Source: Phoronis australis (lineage: Eukaryota > Animalia > Phoronida). From it: a stretch of 64,000 nt of DNA. This document shows positions 1-11,903 of this stretch, piece after piece. The stretch is taken from positions 1,661,298 through 1,725,297 of the forward strand of contig NMRA01000010.1 of NCBI GenBank assembly GCA_002633005.1, in the 5' to 3' direction. The stretch's first letter is position 1, and every line of letters starts with the position of its first letter. Position numbers and translations under genes: made by a program. A model generated the notes under the pieces. It did no database searches. It was given only the letters and a program-made list of their open reading frames with translations, and was not told the DNA's origin.

Positions 1-780
1 TGGTCTATTCTGGTCTATGTTTCTTTGAGAATCTGGTCGGCGGTGCGGTATTTTTAATTGCTCATTTTTTCAAAAATGCAATCCACCTGAGACGACTTAA
101 AATGACGCGGGATTTTTTACTCATGACAAAACACGGCGTTTCAAGCATTACTTACTCTTTGATATTTTCTTATTTTCAAGACCAGAAAAGCATAATACCA
201 CTACAGTTTCGGCTCCTATAAGCAGCCATCGTCCGACGTTGTTGGACAATAGGTGGCGTGATGATCAGGCTGTTCCAAAATTTTAGACATCTCATATCGT
301 CCATTCTTCCTGTTTATGACTGAACCACTTTTTCTGACCCAGATGGACTCTCTTATCCGTCTAGATCTTTAATTAATTTTTTACTCAACAGGACGAGCGT
401 TTCACCGATTACACGCCGGGAGGCGCTTTCGTTCTCGCCTTCTCGCCTTCAACTCATCCCTTAAATCCCTCCTGTCCCACGAGCCCCACAGTTATTCTTG
501 GACTCACAAGGGAGGTTTTTGGGCTAACCCCAACCACCTCTACCGCCCGGACGGGATCAACTTTAACCACTCGGTCCTTTATAAACACGCCCTCAGCATT
601 CGCGTGGCCATTGGTCACCACCTTCGCGAACTGGGCCTTCTCACCCTCTAGTCCCGCTCCACCCCCCTTCCCGCCCCCCTCCCCTTCCTGCCCCCCTCCC
701 CTTTCCTTCCAGTTATTCTTGGTACCTTTTTGTATTGTTATATCTTGGACCAATACCTTACACTTCATTCTAAATGTTCA

Positions 781-1250
781 TTTTCGGCGGTTTGCCTACA
801 GGGGGCCTTATAATGCCCTGTCATATTAATCTCTCCTTTCGGCGGTATTCTCAACTAGGTTCTTTGCTCCTCATGGGATTATTATATTCCCATATTCACC
901 TCCTCTCTCAATTCTTTCACTTCCGGCGGTTTGCCCTCAGGGGGGCTTATTCGCTGCCAACTATACAGTATTTCGGCGGTTAGTTGGAGGTTTTTCTCCT
1001 TGTTCTGGCTTACGTAGCCCCCTAGTTAACCCTCTATCCCTCCTAGGGATTGTACCTCTTGGTTCCAATTTTTTAATACCTCGCTCGCTCAATTCTATTT
1101 CGGCGGTTTGCCTGCAGGGGGCCTTACAATACCTTGTTCCAACCACTACTTTCGGCGGTGTTTCCACGACGAGGTTCTGTCTTCCCTCTTGGGATGCTTA
1201 TATCCCTTGTACTTCCCATTTTTTACTCATTTCCCTTTGGCGGTTGTCCC
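781..1250 (+). repeat. Dispersed short repeat TTTCGGCGGT(TTGCCT.CAGGGGGCCTTA) in the retroelement terminal region
   Basis: Core at about 782, 837, 921, 971, 1098, 1150 and 1236; the extended form at about 782, 921 and 1098. Confidence 0.75.
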
Positions 1251-1318
1251 CGCCCCGGGGTCGCCACCCTGGGTTTTTCCCTCCGGTGGTCTACTCAGTA
1301 TGTTTTTCGTTTTCCAGC

Positions 1319-2064
1319 ATGGCACCCAAGAAAGCCACCAGGGCATCCACCCGCAAGTCTGCAAGTTGCTTCGCGCGTCCTCCACCAGCGCCACCAGCAA
1401 CATCCGAAATCCAGCCATCGCCGCCTGTCATTGACTATGCTAAGCTGGCTGCAGAATTGAAACTACTCTATGACACAGATTCTGCCGCTCCGCCGCCCAC
1501 CGTTAGCCAGCCGCTGGACCCGTCACCTCCGATCTACCCCTCCCAGCGACGTTCACTGCCCCACCTTCAGCCTCCGAAGCGACTACCACTCCGTCTTTTT
1601 CGGGTATTGACCCTTCTTCCAATAATCTGTATGTGTCATTGCCTCTGGGGTTTCATGTCGACTCCAAAACTCGTCAACGCATCTTCAACAACGAGTTCAT
1701 TGACTTTGCTTCTCTCCTTTCAGGTGAGCCATCTGCCTCCTCCACTCCCTCTGTCTCCATCTCCTTCACCGGCAACACTCCAGTCTTTTCCAGCTCCGCA
1801 CGTCCAAAGGTCATCTCATTCATTCTTCAGCGCACCCAGGCCTTCAATATTTTCCAGTCCATCCTGGTCCAGAAGTTTTCACAGGATGCCCCTAAGCTCC
1901 CAAAGTATTCGACCATACATGTAGTTCATGACTGCAACAAACACTACGGCCTTTCTGCAGCCTTGTTTTATGATACCCATTTCAGGAAATTCCGGTCTTT
2001 CCCCTTCGAGTGGGGTCACATCCACTGGGAACTGTGGCGCCAAGTTTGCCTCAAGTTCATATAA
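1319..2064 (+). pseudogene. Frameshifted gag-like ORF1 of the DIRS/Ngaro remnant
   Basis: Split between ORFs 1244..1924 and 1633..2064; the conserved C-terminal block lies in the second frame. Confidence 0.6.
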
Positions 2065-3846
2065 AATTCGCATACCTAGATAGACAAATCTGCTTTGAAA
2101 GCCAGACTATGAAATAATTATAACTGATAATCAGCATAGTTTTTGGGAGGGTAACTGTTAAGAAAGTATTGCGATGTTCAACATCATGTCTGAACTGTAA
2201 AATTATCCTGGGCAAGTAAACTTGAGAGAAAGGCGGTGCCCGAACGTCACGTGGTTCAACAGTTGGGGGAAGTCGACCGTGTCACCGTCCTCGCAAATTT
2301 TGAAAAAAACAAATCAGCTTTTTGTAATAGTTCCAAACAACTGTTCAATGTTTCCAGGGATGAATGCTCGTAATTCTGTTCAACTTTGCGCCGTTTCAGT
2401 CAGAGCATGCCCGCTAGTGTTGGCTCACGTACTAGATACTCTGTGACCGTACATCTAGGCTTCGATTCACAGTGCAATGGAAAGTTAAACACTCAAATGT
2501 GTGAATTTTTGATTGTGACATGAGGTCATGGTGACAATTATTCAATACGAAATTCCTCCCACTTTGATGGGAGTACCTTTCTGACGTTTAGCATTATAAG
2601 ATTGATTAGACCTGTTTAATGAAAAGCTCGCAATTTCCTCTCATGTTATCCGGTTAAGTCGTTGAATTGTTATCTTTGCTCAGTAAAAACATTAATCAAT
2701 CTTACCTTTCTCATGGAAATAAATCTTTGTACTCTACGGGGGAGGCGAGTGGCTTGACCAGCTGCGCTGAAAAAGGACCGTGTTGCGCAGTCGAGTGTTT
2801 GTCCTCACCTAAAATGTAACTTTTGCGCAAAGCTGTATAAAAGACAGCTTTTAGACCGATGTGGGCGAAATAATCCAGTGGCCAAATAAAATCTGTTGCA
2901 AAATTAGTGACAAGCCTTGAATTATCGGTTACTACAATATACACTGTAGGCCAGTTGACATGGATGTATTTAAATAGTATGGTATAACGTCTCATTTCTT
3001 CTGAAGTAGGCTTCTTTAACAAACTTGACTCAAATGGCGAATCATATGACGAGGCAATGAATGCCTTGTTGATAACTACATATCCACCTTATTGGTACAG
3101 CATCATGAAGGATATTTTAAAGAGTTCCCACCATGTACATTGTATTGTCTTAGTTTTTGAAGTTGCAGTTAGCTAATATGAAATGAATACCGTAAACTTC
3201 AACTAAAGAAGTGCTTTTTATGCCAAATAGTTGCGATTGTTTAATTTTGAAAAAAAAATTCTTTCCAAGTTTTCCGCCAAATGAAGTAATGAGTGTAAGA
3301 CGTTTAGTCACTTGACAATGAATTTCAATGGCGGAACACCGCAGATCAGAAGACAATTTTGAACGAGAACTGTACCATTATGATGCAGACAGAGAAGAGA
3401 GTGGATATGGGCTTCACACTCGAGTACATGACGAATAAGACAATGAATTCGATTTCCCACTTACTGAACTCTCGTCGGCTTTGAGGCCGTATGAACTCGA
3501 CCCAATTGCACGAAAAATGCTGCAAACTCAGTGAGCCAACTGAACCAACGGGTGGTCAATATTCACAAAATAGACTCTTAAAGGCGAAGGCAACCTTTTT
3601 CCATGTCATTTTGAGCTAAAATAAGGTTGGTTGGTTATCCTAGACATATTTTCCACTTAATTACAGCTTTTCGTAATTTTATTAATTACTCGTCCACTAC
3701 TCCGGAAGTGACGTTTTAGGAGGCAAGCATTTCGCGCCAATTTCTTTTTATATAGTCTGTCTGTGAGAGATGCCGAGTCAGTCATTGTTCTACCTCGGTT
3801 GTGTTGAGTTCCGTCGTCGTTTGCTTTCATTTACTAGTCAGTCAAC

Positions 3847-4854
3847 ATGCCACACTGTTGCTGCGTACCAGGATGTACTGATTATCGGTTCACGCGCGCT
3901 TTGGGAGTAACTTTGCATCGCTTTCCGATGGATGACACACTTCGCCGTACTTGGCTCGTTCGTGTGAAGAACCCAGCGTTACCCGTCCACGCAACGTACA
4001 AAGCAGTGGAGAATTACCGTGTGTGTGGCAAGCACTTTCTGCCGTCCGATTACGAAAGGGATTTGTACGCTGAACTGATGAAGGTCCCTGCGAAACAACG
4101 TCTGAAGAAGGATGCCATTCCGTCTGTGTTGATTCCCGGCAGTGCCCCGTCGCCACCCCCGAGAAGTGCGTTTTTGAAGCGAGAAGCCTCGCGAGCTGTG
4201 GCCAGTACAGTGACTGGAGCCAGTGGAGGCACTTCATCTACTGTCACCCGTGCCTCCGAACGTACCCCAGAGCGTGCAATTCCTGGAACCAGTAGTGATT
4301 CGCCCTGTGCTGTTTTCTCCAGCCCAGAGCCTCTAAGCAGCCCTGCAGCGATATTGAGTAGTGGGAGTGATTACAGGCTCAGTTCGACACCCAGTGAAGA
4401 GGACAGTTCGTCGTCCAGTGAACAGATCGGTGAGCCAAACTTTGATAAGTTTATTGTGGACTTGTCTAAAGTGTTGGAGCTATTTAGAAGGTGCCAGGTG
4501 TGTGGCGAGGGAGTCACACGACACGATGTAAGCAGTTTGGGTGCTCAGGTCACCATCCAGTGGGAGTGTGTCGCGGGACACTCTGGCAAGTGGGACAGTT
4601 GTTCCTCTGCCCGTGGTATGCCGGAGGTCCACTTAACCGTGTCCAGTAGTGGCTTGACCTCGTCGAACTCTGAACAGCACAAGCATTCCATTGAGGTAGG
4701 CATAACAACGCACACAGAGCATTTGCACCAAGATGTGTCACCACGTCTGTCCTCAGTAGCCGCCTCGTTTCTCTCAACAGCTGCCTGTGCCTGTGCGTAC
4801 TCTGCCTCGTTATACTCGGGCTCAAACATGTACCCACCCACTGAATGTCCGTGA
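3847..4854 (+). CDS. THAP-domain protein: N-terminal part of Kolobok transposase, DDE core deleted (genuine part ends about 4645)
   Basis: MPHCCCVPGC...LHRFP...RRTW...VCGKHF...LKKDAIPSV is a complete THAP domain. A Ser-rich linker follows, then KFIV..SKVLELFRRCQVC...W.C..GH...W.S (Zn-binding motif that precedes the DDE domain). The C-terminal tail is an antisense read of KolX. Confidence 0.85.
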   Translation: MPHCCCVPGCTDYRFTRALGVTLHRFPMDDTLRRTWLVRVKNPALPVHATYKAVENYRVCGKHFLPSDYERDLYAELMKVPAKQRLKKDAIPSVLIPGSAPSPPPRSAFLKREASRAVASTVTGASGGTSSTVTRASERTPERAIPGTSSDSPCAVFSSPEPLSSPAAILSSGSDYRLSSTPSEEDSSSSSEQIGEPNFDKFIVDLSKVLELFRRCQVCGEGVTRHDVSSLGAQVTIQWECVAGHSGKWDSCSSARGMPEVHLTVSSSGLTSSNSEQHKHSIEVGITTHTEHLHQDVSPRLSSVAASFLSTAACACAYSASLYSGSNMYPPTECP

Positions 4855-4940
4855 AAAAATTCCTCGTCACCACTGCTGTGAACAAGGTCTCCGTCACTCA
4901 CACTACTGTCACTGTGATACGGGTCACCGACTCCAGCCAT
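4545..4940 (-). CDS. Truncated KolX / P2X7 cytoplasmic-ballast-like (nanor-like) Cys-rich protein
   Basis: GYMFEPEY...RRGDTSWCKCSVCVVMPTSMECLCCSE matches the YxFEP / WCxCxxC..M....ECxCCxE signature. Homology ends about 4637 at the deletion junction. Confidence 0.82.
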   Translation of the reverse strand: MAGVGDPYHSDSSVSDGDLVHSSGDEEFFHGHSVGGYMFEPEYNEAEYAQAQAAVERNEAATEDRRGDTSWCKCSVCVVMPTSMECLCCSEFDEVKPLLDTVKWTSGIPRAEEQLSHLPECPATHSHWMVT

Positions 4941-5451
4941 TTTCAGCTTACAACACACTAAACAATCCCTAAATCCAACGTAGTTGAGTTCTCTACTAAC
5001 CTATCTTGCCGAAGAATACTCGCCGATGGAAAATGGTGGCAACAATTGTTGAAAAACAGCACAAAATAAAAGTAGAATAGAACAGATTCGCACGGCAAAG
5101 TCAACGCAAAACCAAGTGTCGGGAAACGCTTGCCTCCTAAAACGTCACTTCCGGAGTAGCGGACGAGTAATTTATACAATTACGAAAAGCTGTAATGAAG
5201 TGGAAAATATGTCTACGATAACCAACCAACCTTATTTTAACTCACAGTGACATGGAAAAAGGTTGCCTTCGCCTTTAATAATCACTGAAAAATGTCACAG
5301 TAAACCTGAGTCACTCGTATTCACTATATTGGCATGATGAAAGAGCACGGTCTAAACAAATTGCTCAAACCTACTTGTCGTAGCACTCGATCTTGGCTGG
5401 GGTCGAGGTCCTGGATTTACACACCCTAGAATGGAAACAGTCGTCTGCTAG

Positions 5452-5691
5452 TTAGTGATAAAATTTGCAAATACACTTACAAGGTGGCAAATCCTTCATC
5501 GCAACATCGTTTTGTGTTTGGTCGAAATTCCGTGAAAGGGGCCGAACAAAGTGTGGTTTCGGACTTACATGTTCCGCACTAAAATTCCGGCGCACAAACC
5601 GATGCCCTTCCACGTGTTCAGGAAATTTGAGCACAGAGACGTTCTCAGTCAAGTTGCTGTTACTACAGCCTCCACAAGCGTACCTTTTCAT
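5452..5691 (-). pseudogene. Degenerate THAP domain of the outer Kolobok element
   Basis: MKRYACGGCSNSNLTENVSVLKFP...FVRR...; the THAP Trp and the final Cys/His are lost. Confidence 0.65.
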
Positions 5692-6020
5692 GTCTGAAAA
5701 AGGCGGCTCTCTTTCTGGCTTGTTTCTTAGCAACAGGTACACTGAAGGCTATTAAATTTCTTAAGACGTTTTGATAAAATTCTTTTTGACACAGAGGGTC
5801 ATGGTGGGAACTCTTTGAAACGTTGTGTGGTTGCTGAGTACGAAATGTGTATGAACGAATATATTAAATTCTTACTAGGGGAACAAAATAATCTTAGGCT
5901 ACTAGGGTAGAGTTCACATGTTACTTCATTAATTGAGGGAGGAAGGGGTTTCAAAAAGATGACGCTATATGGTAGAGGGAGGGGATGACCTCATCGTGAC
6001 GTGATCATCTGCTTCATTAA

Positions 6021-7700
6021 AGGAGCATGCCACCCAAAAAAACAACCTAATTGGTATCAATTTAGATCGAGTAGTTCTACTCCATAACGACACGTACGGT
6101 TGCGATACCTGACACCTGACGGCAGACGGAGGTGTTGAAATTATCCAATGACGTCACCGGTTTCACACGCAGTTTGTTCAGCAGTTCACAACACGGGTTA
6201 TTGGTGTCAGCTTATCGCTCGAAGTCATCGTTTAACACCAATAAATCATCAAACTTCGATGTAAAACTCTAAAAATACACCGAGTTCTTATAAAAACGTG
6301 TTGTTCTATTTCGCTCTTACACCGGGATTTATTGGTATTTGGACACACCGTAGCCTACAAAGTTCGGCAGGCCAATAAGGTCGTATAGCAAGAGTTTGGG
6401 GTCTGTTCGGAGATAATTTCGAAGTATTTTCCGTGAGATACAGACAAGAGAACCTATATCTGTGTTGTTTAGACTTGTGATTTTTTGAGTTCTAAACACA
6501 AAACGCTTGTTATCCAGGCCAGTGGCTCGGAGCCTAATCAGGCCCGTCTCGGCCGGCCGGATTGACTTGTTATTCCGGCCAGTGGCTTGGAAACTGATCA
6601 GACATCACGAACATAAACCAGCCAAAGTTCAGTGGTAACTAAACTTCCAGTCAAGAAAATACCATACTAGTGAGCCAAAGTATTGTACGCGTGATTATGT
6701 TGGTGAATTAGCAACGAAACTACAAATCTACTTACTCGTCGGGGTGCCGCGAAATCAGGTTCCGCTTTGGCCCGAGCACCGCCAGGGCAGAAGTTGTACA
6801 TTGACAATCATTATTTCAGTAATGTGAATGTAAACAAAGATTCCCCTAACACCTGGCCGTGGGATGGAAATCGAGTTGTTTCACAACAGTTTCTGCCAGC
6901 AAACGAACACTAGATTAGTATGAGCTCACACGGCCTCCGTCAATTAGTTTTATTGCACCTAAAGCCGGTCACGCAGTGATTTATTCATTGCTGGCTTCTC
7001 AAATCATTTGCACTCACGAACACTCCAAAGGCATTACAAATTGCATCTAATGAGACAGACTTTGTTTCAGGTTTATATAAATATTGGTTAGGGCGAGAAT
7101 AATTCATTTTGAAACAGAACGCCCACTAATAAACGCCAACATGGCAACTCTGCAATCCCGACTAAGGACGAGCTAGAGCTCATCAGTCCCGACTTCGCAG
7201 ATGGATCGTTAAGTTTTAAAGCCTATCAATTCGAACAGGACTACTGTGATGAAGAAATACTAGAGAGGCGCCGTGAACAAGCTCAGACAACAGAACGTAT
7301 GGAGTTATTTGGTAAACCGGCTTTCGTCAGTCATTGTCGACGTCTGCAGGCCACAGACAGGGAGATGCTTCACGGCCTCATACTTGCTATTTACAGCGTG
7401 CTTTTCATTCTTCACTACCATGAGCCACTTCCTAAGCATTTCGGACTCTCGAGGAAGTAAAAAACGATATACTCGCTTTCCTCGCAGCTGTTTAGTTCGG
7501 ACAAGCGGGAACGATGCACCGCACCATAGCGGCATTCACTCTGCATATGAACCACTGACGTCGCTAGCGTCGTTTCTCACGTTCCTCACAGGTTAATGCG
7601 ACACCTCTTGGCAAGCTAAGGTCGACCGTATGCCAGGCGATGTGGATATAGACCGATTAAGACGGCAAAAAAGATTAATTAAATCGGGAGGCACTCTCTT
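6021..7700 (-). mobile_element. Non-autonomous Kolobok-type element, family 3, copy 1
   Basis: TTAA at 6017-6020 and 7701-7704; termini AGGAGCATGCCACC / GGAGGCACTCTCTT. THAP remnant on minus (7305..7535, LPRESEMLRKWL..VKN...VCG) and KolX remnant on plus (about 7170-7310, KAYQFEQDYCDEEILERRR). Empty site at about 24190. Confidence 0.82.
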
Positions 7701-8519
7701 TTAAGACGTCTCCATTACAGTGTATATCGTTGGGAAACTGGTTCATATTCTAGGGAGAATTTACTACTTTCAAAAGCGGGATCCACCGTTTCACGTTTCC
7801 AAAATTTGATAATATTTGGCCGCGCTTACATGTTAACCATTTACACAGACAAAGGACAGCTCCACTCCAAGGGGTTATTTGTACTGTGCCTTTAAAGTGG
7901 ACCACAGTGCACCAGCTTGTCCCACTTAATGTGCTGGCTACGCCCGTGTCCTTGTCTATGCCTTAGAGATCTACTTGCCTTGAATTAAATGTTTTTTGTG
8001 GCAGTTAAGTTAATTACGCACTGCAAATTCAAATGACATTGCTCGTACTTGTTGAAATAGTGAACGTGGCTAAGGGGTGTATATGTTATATTGATCAAAA
8101 ACAAGTCTTCACCGAATAATTATCCGAAGTCTTTGAGATTTTCACGTCACGCCACATAATCGGCCTTTTCACGGATTCGGTAAATCGATTTAATTTAAAA
8201 CTAGGAACACGAGTTCTTGAAAACGGCTTGGTGCATTTCGCTGAAACTTTCCAAATTTAATATTTATTCATCAATCTCAAAAAGCTGTTAAGACTTTTGA
8301 TATAAAGACTTAGTTAATTCTAATTTTTACAAAAATATCTTACGTTTTGCGAGTTGATTTGTCATCGAAATCAAACGAAAAGATTATCAAAAATTCCAAA
8401 GTGGGGTTTTTAGGTAACTGCGAGGTTTTCATTTAAAAATATTTCATTAAAATCGACCGAGGGGTCATTTTGCTATGACTGTGCCTTTCTAAATCATGGA
8501 ATTTGACGTGTGGTAACGA

Positions 8520-8626
8520 AATAATAATAATGATGATGATGATGATGACGATGACGACGATGACGACGACGACGCCGACGACGATGATGATGATGATGAT
8601 GATGATAACGATAATAATAACAATGA
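8520..8626. repeat. Compound trinucleotide microsatellite (ATA/ATG/ACG)n
   Basis: Directly visible; explains spurious poly-Ile and poly-Met ORFs. Confidence 0.95.
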
Positions 8627-10579
8627 ATATAAAACATATTTTTATTTTCCCTTGTCTTTTTTCTTTTAGAAAATCTATACCTTTACTAGTTGGCAAAGCC
8701 TAGTCTTTTGATATCCGAGTTAGAGTGGAGGCTACTAAATAAGGTTGGAGATAACTTAAAGCTAGGTAGTTTTTGTGTTCAACTATCTATCTGTTTCATG
8801 TTGTTTTTACAGATTTTTGAACTTCCAAAAGCAAAAAAATAACAATCTTAAGTCTGGATGGTCAAGGGTGATCACAATGGGCTAACAGAGCCTAATTGCA
8901 AATCACACCATTGGCGTAAAAAGTCGCGTTACAGGAACATTTGGCGCTTCAAAGGCGCCAGCGTTGCTCGCCTAAACAACACAAAAATATGCCGTTTTTC
9001 TACAGTAATTGAAAGATTTGTTGTTGAAGAAGCCATTCCTTGCATGTTGACGAACTATACTGCACTTAAAAAAACGGATTGCTGTGATTTTGTTGAAATG
9101 GTCGATTAATACTTGCTAACCGGTAGACGGAGGACAATCGTCAAGACTTGTTATGACATTTATGAAACGGCTTCCATTTATGCCCTGAGATCGTAAGCAT
9201 CCCGAATCAGCATAATATCCCGGCCACAGATTTCAAAATATGCGAAACTCATTAAGAAGAAAATGATGCACGCTCTCTCGCGGCAGCGAAACAGGAACAG
9301 GGTCACATTTGGGCAGTGGCATGGTTTATCCCACAGGCGGTGTTAGGCCTTACACATTGAAAACTACGAATTTCAAAATACAAAGAATAACATCGAATGA
9401 AGCATGCATTCACAATTATTTATAATTAACACATACCGTTATTCTGAAGACAATTTAGTAAATATAACCCGACTCGGAACATATCCATGAAATTCGGTTG
9501 AATTTCCCTGGCGCTTCCCTCGCTCGGCTGCCAAAGTGAGGTAATTTTCCTGCACCTAAGTGGTGTGACGTCACCAGATCATATCAGCATGCGTGGTAAA
9601 AAAGTGGACTATCGCCGATTAAAATACGTGCTGCTACAATACGTTAATCGTATCCAAATACAAAAAGAAATCTGATTAAACATTTAGCGGAAATTAACGG
9701 AATAACTTCTATTAAATTTTACATGGAAATGACAATAATGCAAAATAAATTCTAGCGAAATTTTGCTTGGAAGTACACGACGTTTATTTTCATCAATTTT
9801 CACCTGGGAAAAGCGCTTGTGAAAACACGCCATGAAAAGATCACACTACTACATGTATGATGTAGAAAAGTGAATAGAAAACAGAATGTGTTTAGGTTAT
9901 TGTCCTATGAATATTATCAAATGATTTGGAAATTGGTGAACAACGTCAAGAGTAGCGAAGCAAAATATGGAATGTAGGCAAGTACGTGACGAGTGATTAA
10001 CTAACTTGAAAGAACAATAGATTCTTCAACTTGCGATTTCGCGCCTTAGTTTTGCAGCGAGTTGGACACGGCGGGCAATGCACACGGACCGTCTTGCAAG
10101 TTCGTCTTCAAATTCCAATTTTTACTTTCATTTTTATTTGACTTTATATTTGTTTCAAGTGGTGGTCTTTTTGCAACTTCTCTTTCCTAAAGGATTAGCG
10201 TGGTTCGGGACATGGCGCAATCCTGTCAATCATAGGTTAGCAGTTAGTGGTTAACAAAGAGAGTACAGAGTGCCCTGGGGCACTAAAAGAACAACACTTT
10301 ATGAAAAATAAAAGAAATCTATTGTTTAATCAGCTTTTTTATCAAGGATATATAAGATTTACACTTAAAAAAAACTACCGGATCCTTAGACCCTAAGCTT
10401 GTTTACCGGTAAAGTAATTGGACTTTACATTAGTGAATATGCGGCGAACAACGTTGAGTACTGACGAATTTTAATAACATGACTGTGCTTTTTACTATGA
10501 AATGAATATGTTATCAAGTGAAATTATCAAGTGATCCTGCAGAAGTGGAATCTCGCCATGAACAAAATAGATTCATCGT

Positions 10580-11149
10580 ATTTTTTTAAACATTTTTATT
10601 TTGCTCTAGCATAATGATTACATATCACATAAAACAATACAGTATACATCGTTTACAAAGAATAACATTAAATCATTAGTCAACAAGTACCGTATTTCTT
10701 TCAGGATGTAATTTAATAAAGTTAATGAACAATTGGAAATTAATTTTTTTTAACAAGCTTTTGGCTAAATATTTAATTTTTGCTAACATGATCAACAGAA
10801 TAATATTACAATTTTCCGACTGAATGTTCCCCAAAAAGCCAAAAAAACACTGCTATCTTGTCCACATGAAAATTTACATGATGTGTTTGTTTTAACCACT
10901 CAGCAAACAGGAGCCAGAAACCGGAGACAAGAAGACATTCCTAAAAGAGATGGAGAAAAGTTTCAGTGTGTTCACCACCGTAACTGCATAGATCACTTGT
11001 TTTTACTTTAATTTCATGTAAATAATTATTAGTTGAATTAAGCGGTACTGAAACCAACGCAATTTTGTATCTTTTGTACAATTATAGGGGACTTTATTTA
11101 TTTTTCAACACCATGTATCAGAGTCACTAAAATTTACAACCATTATGAA
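10580..11149 (-). mobile_element. 5'-truncated L1/Tx1-type LINE 3' fragment with TSD
   Basis: Minus translation WFQYRL...DLCSYGGEHTETFLHLF*EC..V.GFW (zf-RVT-like CCHC region). T-rich tail at 10581. 16-bp TSD AAAATAGATTCATCGT at 10564-10579 and 11150-11165. Confidence 0.8.
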
Positions 11150-11903
11150 AAAATAGATTCATCGTTAAGCTATAGCTCACCCGAACACGGGTCATCGTGT
11201 TAACTACAACAACGGGCGAGCCAAAACGTAGTAATCACAGGAAATATGTAAATAGAGGCCGATCCAAGGGTGATATCAGGTCACATGGTTTTCAGGAAAA
11301 CAACGCTCTCTGTGCTTACGGACAGATATAAAGTACAGAGTGATAGTGAACAACAGTTGCACGTGAAAGAAGACAAAAAATACACCAATAATCGCAAAGG
11401 TAAATGTATTAGGAGCTTTGATAGTGATTGAAAATTGATGGAGATTTGGATGAAAACTCGCTAGAAATGAGCGGGAAAAGTTTTTTTTAAATGACTTCAG
11501 TTACCTTGAGTGAAACATTTGTTGTTATTGTGAACACCTTTAATGCGCGAACACGCAAAATAGATATTATAATTCCAAACATAAGAAATAAACTGTAATT
11601 CGGTAAATGCGAGTCTTAAAATAATCGTTGTTCATGTGCGACTAATTTAGAGTGAGTTTAAATCGGCTTGCAGACCACGAATCGTGAAAAACAATAACCT
11701 ACTTATTCATCACGCCTTTGGTATAGCATGCGCGGCGCATATAGTTACCCAACGACTATCAATTTGATAAGTTTATTTTACTACTTAGTTGAGATTGTCT
11801 GACGTAAAGAGGAAATACATCTTTTGAAACGAAAGTTTTCTTGGTAGCATCCGTTACGCAAAATCTTCAAGATAGCGCCGGCGAAGAGTGCACGTTACTA
11901 GGC

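Larger units (their letters stand above)
455..2064 (+). mobile_element. Truncated DIRS/Ngaro-type (tyrosine-recombinase retrotransposon) remnant: pyrimidine-rich terminal region plus frameshifted gag-like ORF1
   Basis: Low-complexity Pro/Ser/Ala-rich start (MAPKKATRAS at 1319), then PLGFHVDSKTRQRIFNNEFIDFASLL...AFNIFQSILVQKF...YG..AALFYDTHFRKFR..WGHIHWELW, a motif pattern typical of Ngaro/DIRS ORF1. No RT or recombinase follows; boundaries approximate. Confidence 0.62.
3582..5274 (+). mobile_element. Internally deleted Kolobok transposon (inner element, younger)
   Basis: TTAA TSD at 3578-3581 and 5275-5278; AGGCG...CGCCT termini; about 150-bp imperfect TIRs (3582-3732 / 5124-5274); convergent THAP-transposase 5' part and KolX 5' part. 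Confidence 0.92.
3121..5814 (-). mobile_element. Old non-autonomous Kolobok-type DNA transposon (outer element)
   Basis: TTAA (3117-3120) + AGAGTTCCCACCATG ... CATGGTGGGAACTCT + TTGA (5815-5818): 15-bp perfect TIR. Degenerate THAP on minus (5691 downward) and KolX-like LRPYELDPIA on plus (about 3481-3510). Absent from the paralogous site at about 23190. Confidence 0.8.
7..7870 (+). repeat. Segmental duplication, block A (colinear with 14128-24358, interrupted by different TE insertions)
   Basis: Matching pieces: 7-150/14128-14290, 2090-2905/18795-19610, 3024-3110/23103-23190, 5820-5963/23200-23333, 5980-6020/24150-24192, 7705-7870/24195-24358. Paralogous ORF translations 2222..2446 and 18922..19149 are nearly identical at the C-terminus. 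Confidence 0.85.

Noticed and set aside
781-1250. CRISPR-like repeat/spacer pattern
   Set aside because: Repeats are degenerate, spacing is irregular, there are no cas genes and the context is a eukaryotic retroelement.
4075-4100. CTGATGA...CGAAAC hammerhead-like core
   Set aside because: Lies in THAP coding sequence, with no convincing stems I-III.
8433-8703. Hydrophobic poly-Ile/Val and poly-Met ORFs
   Set aside because: Translations of a trinucleotide microsatellite.
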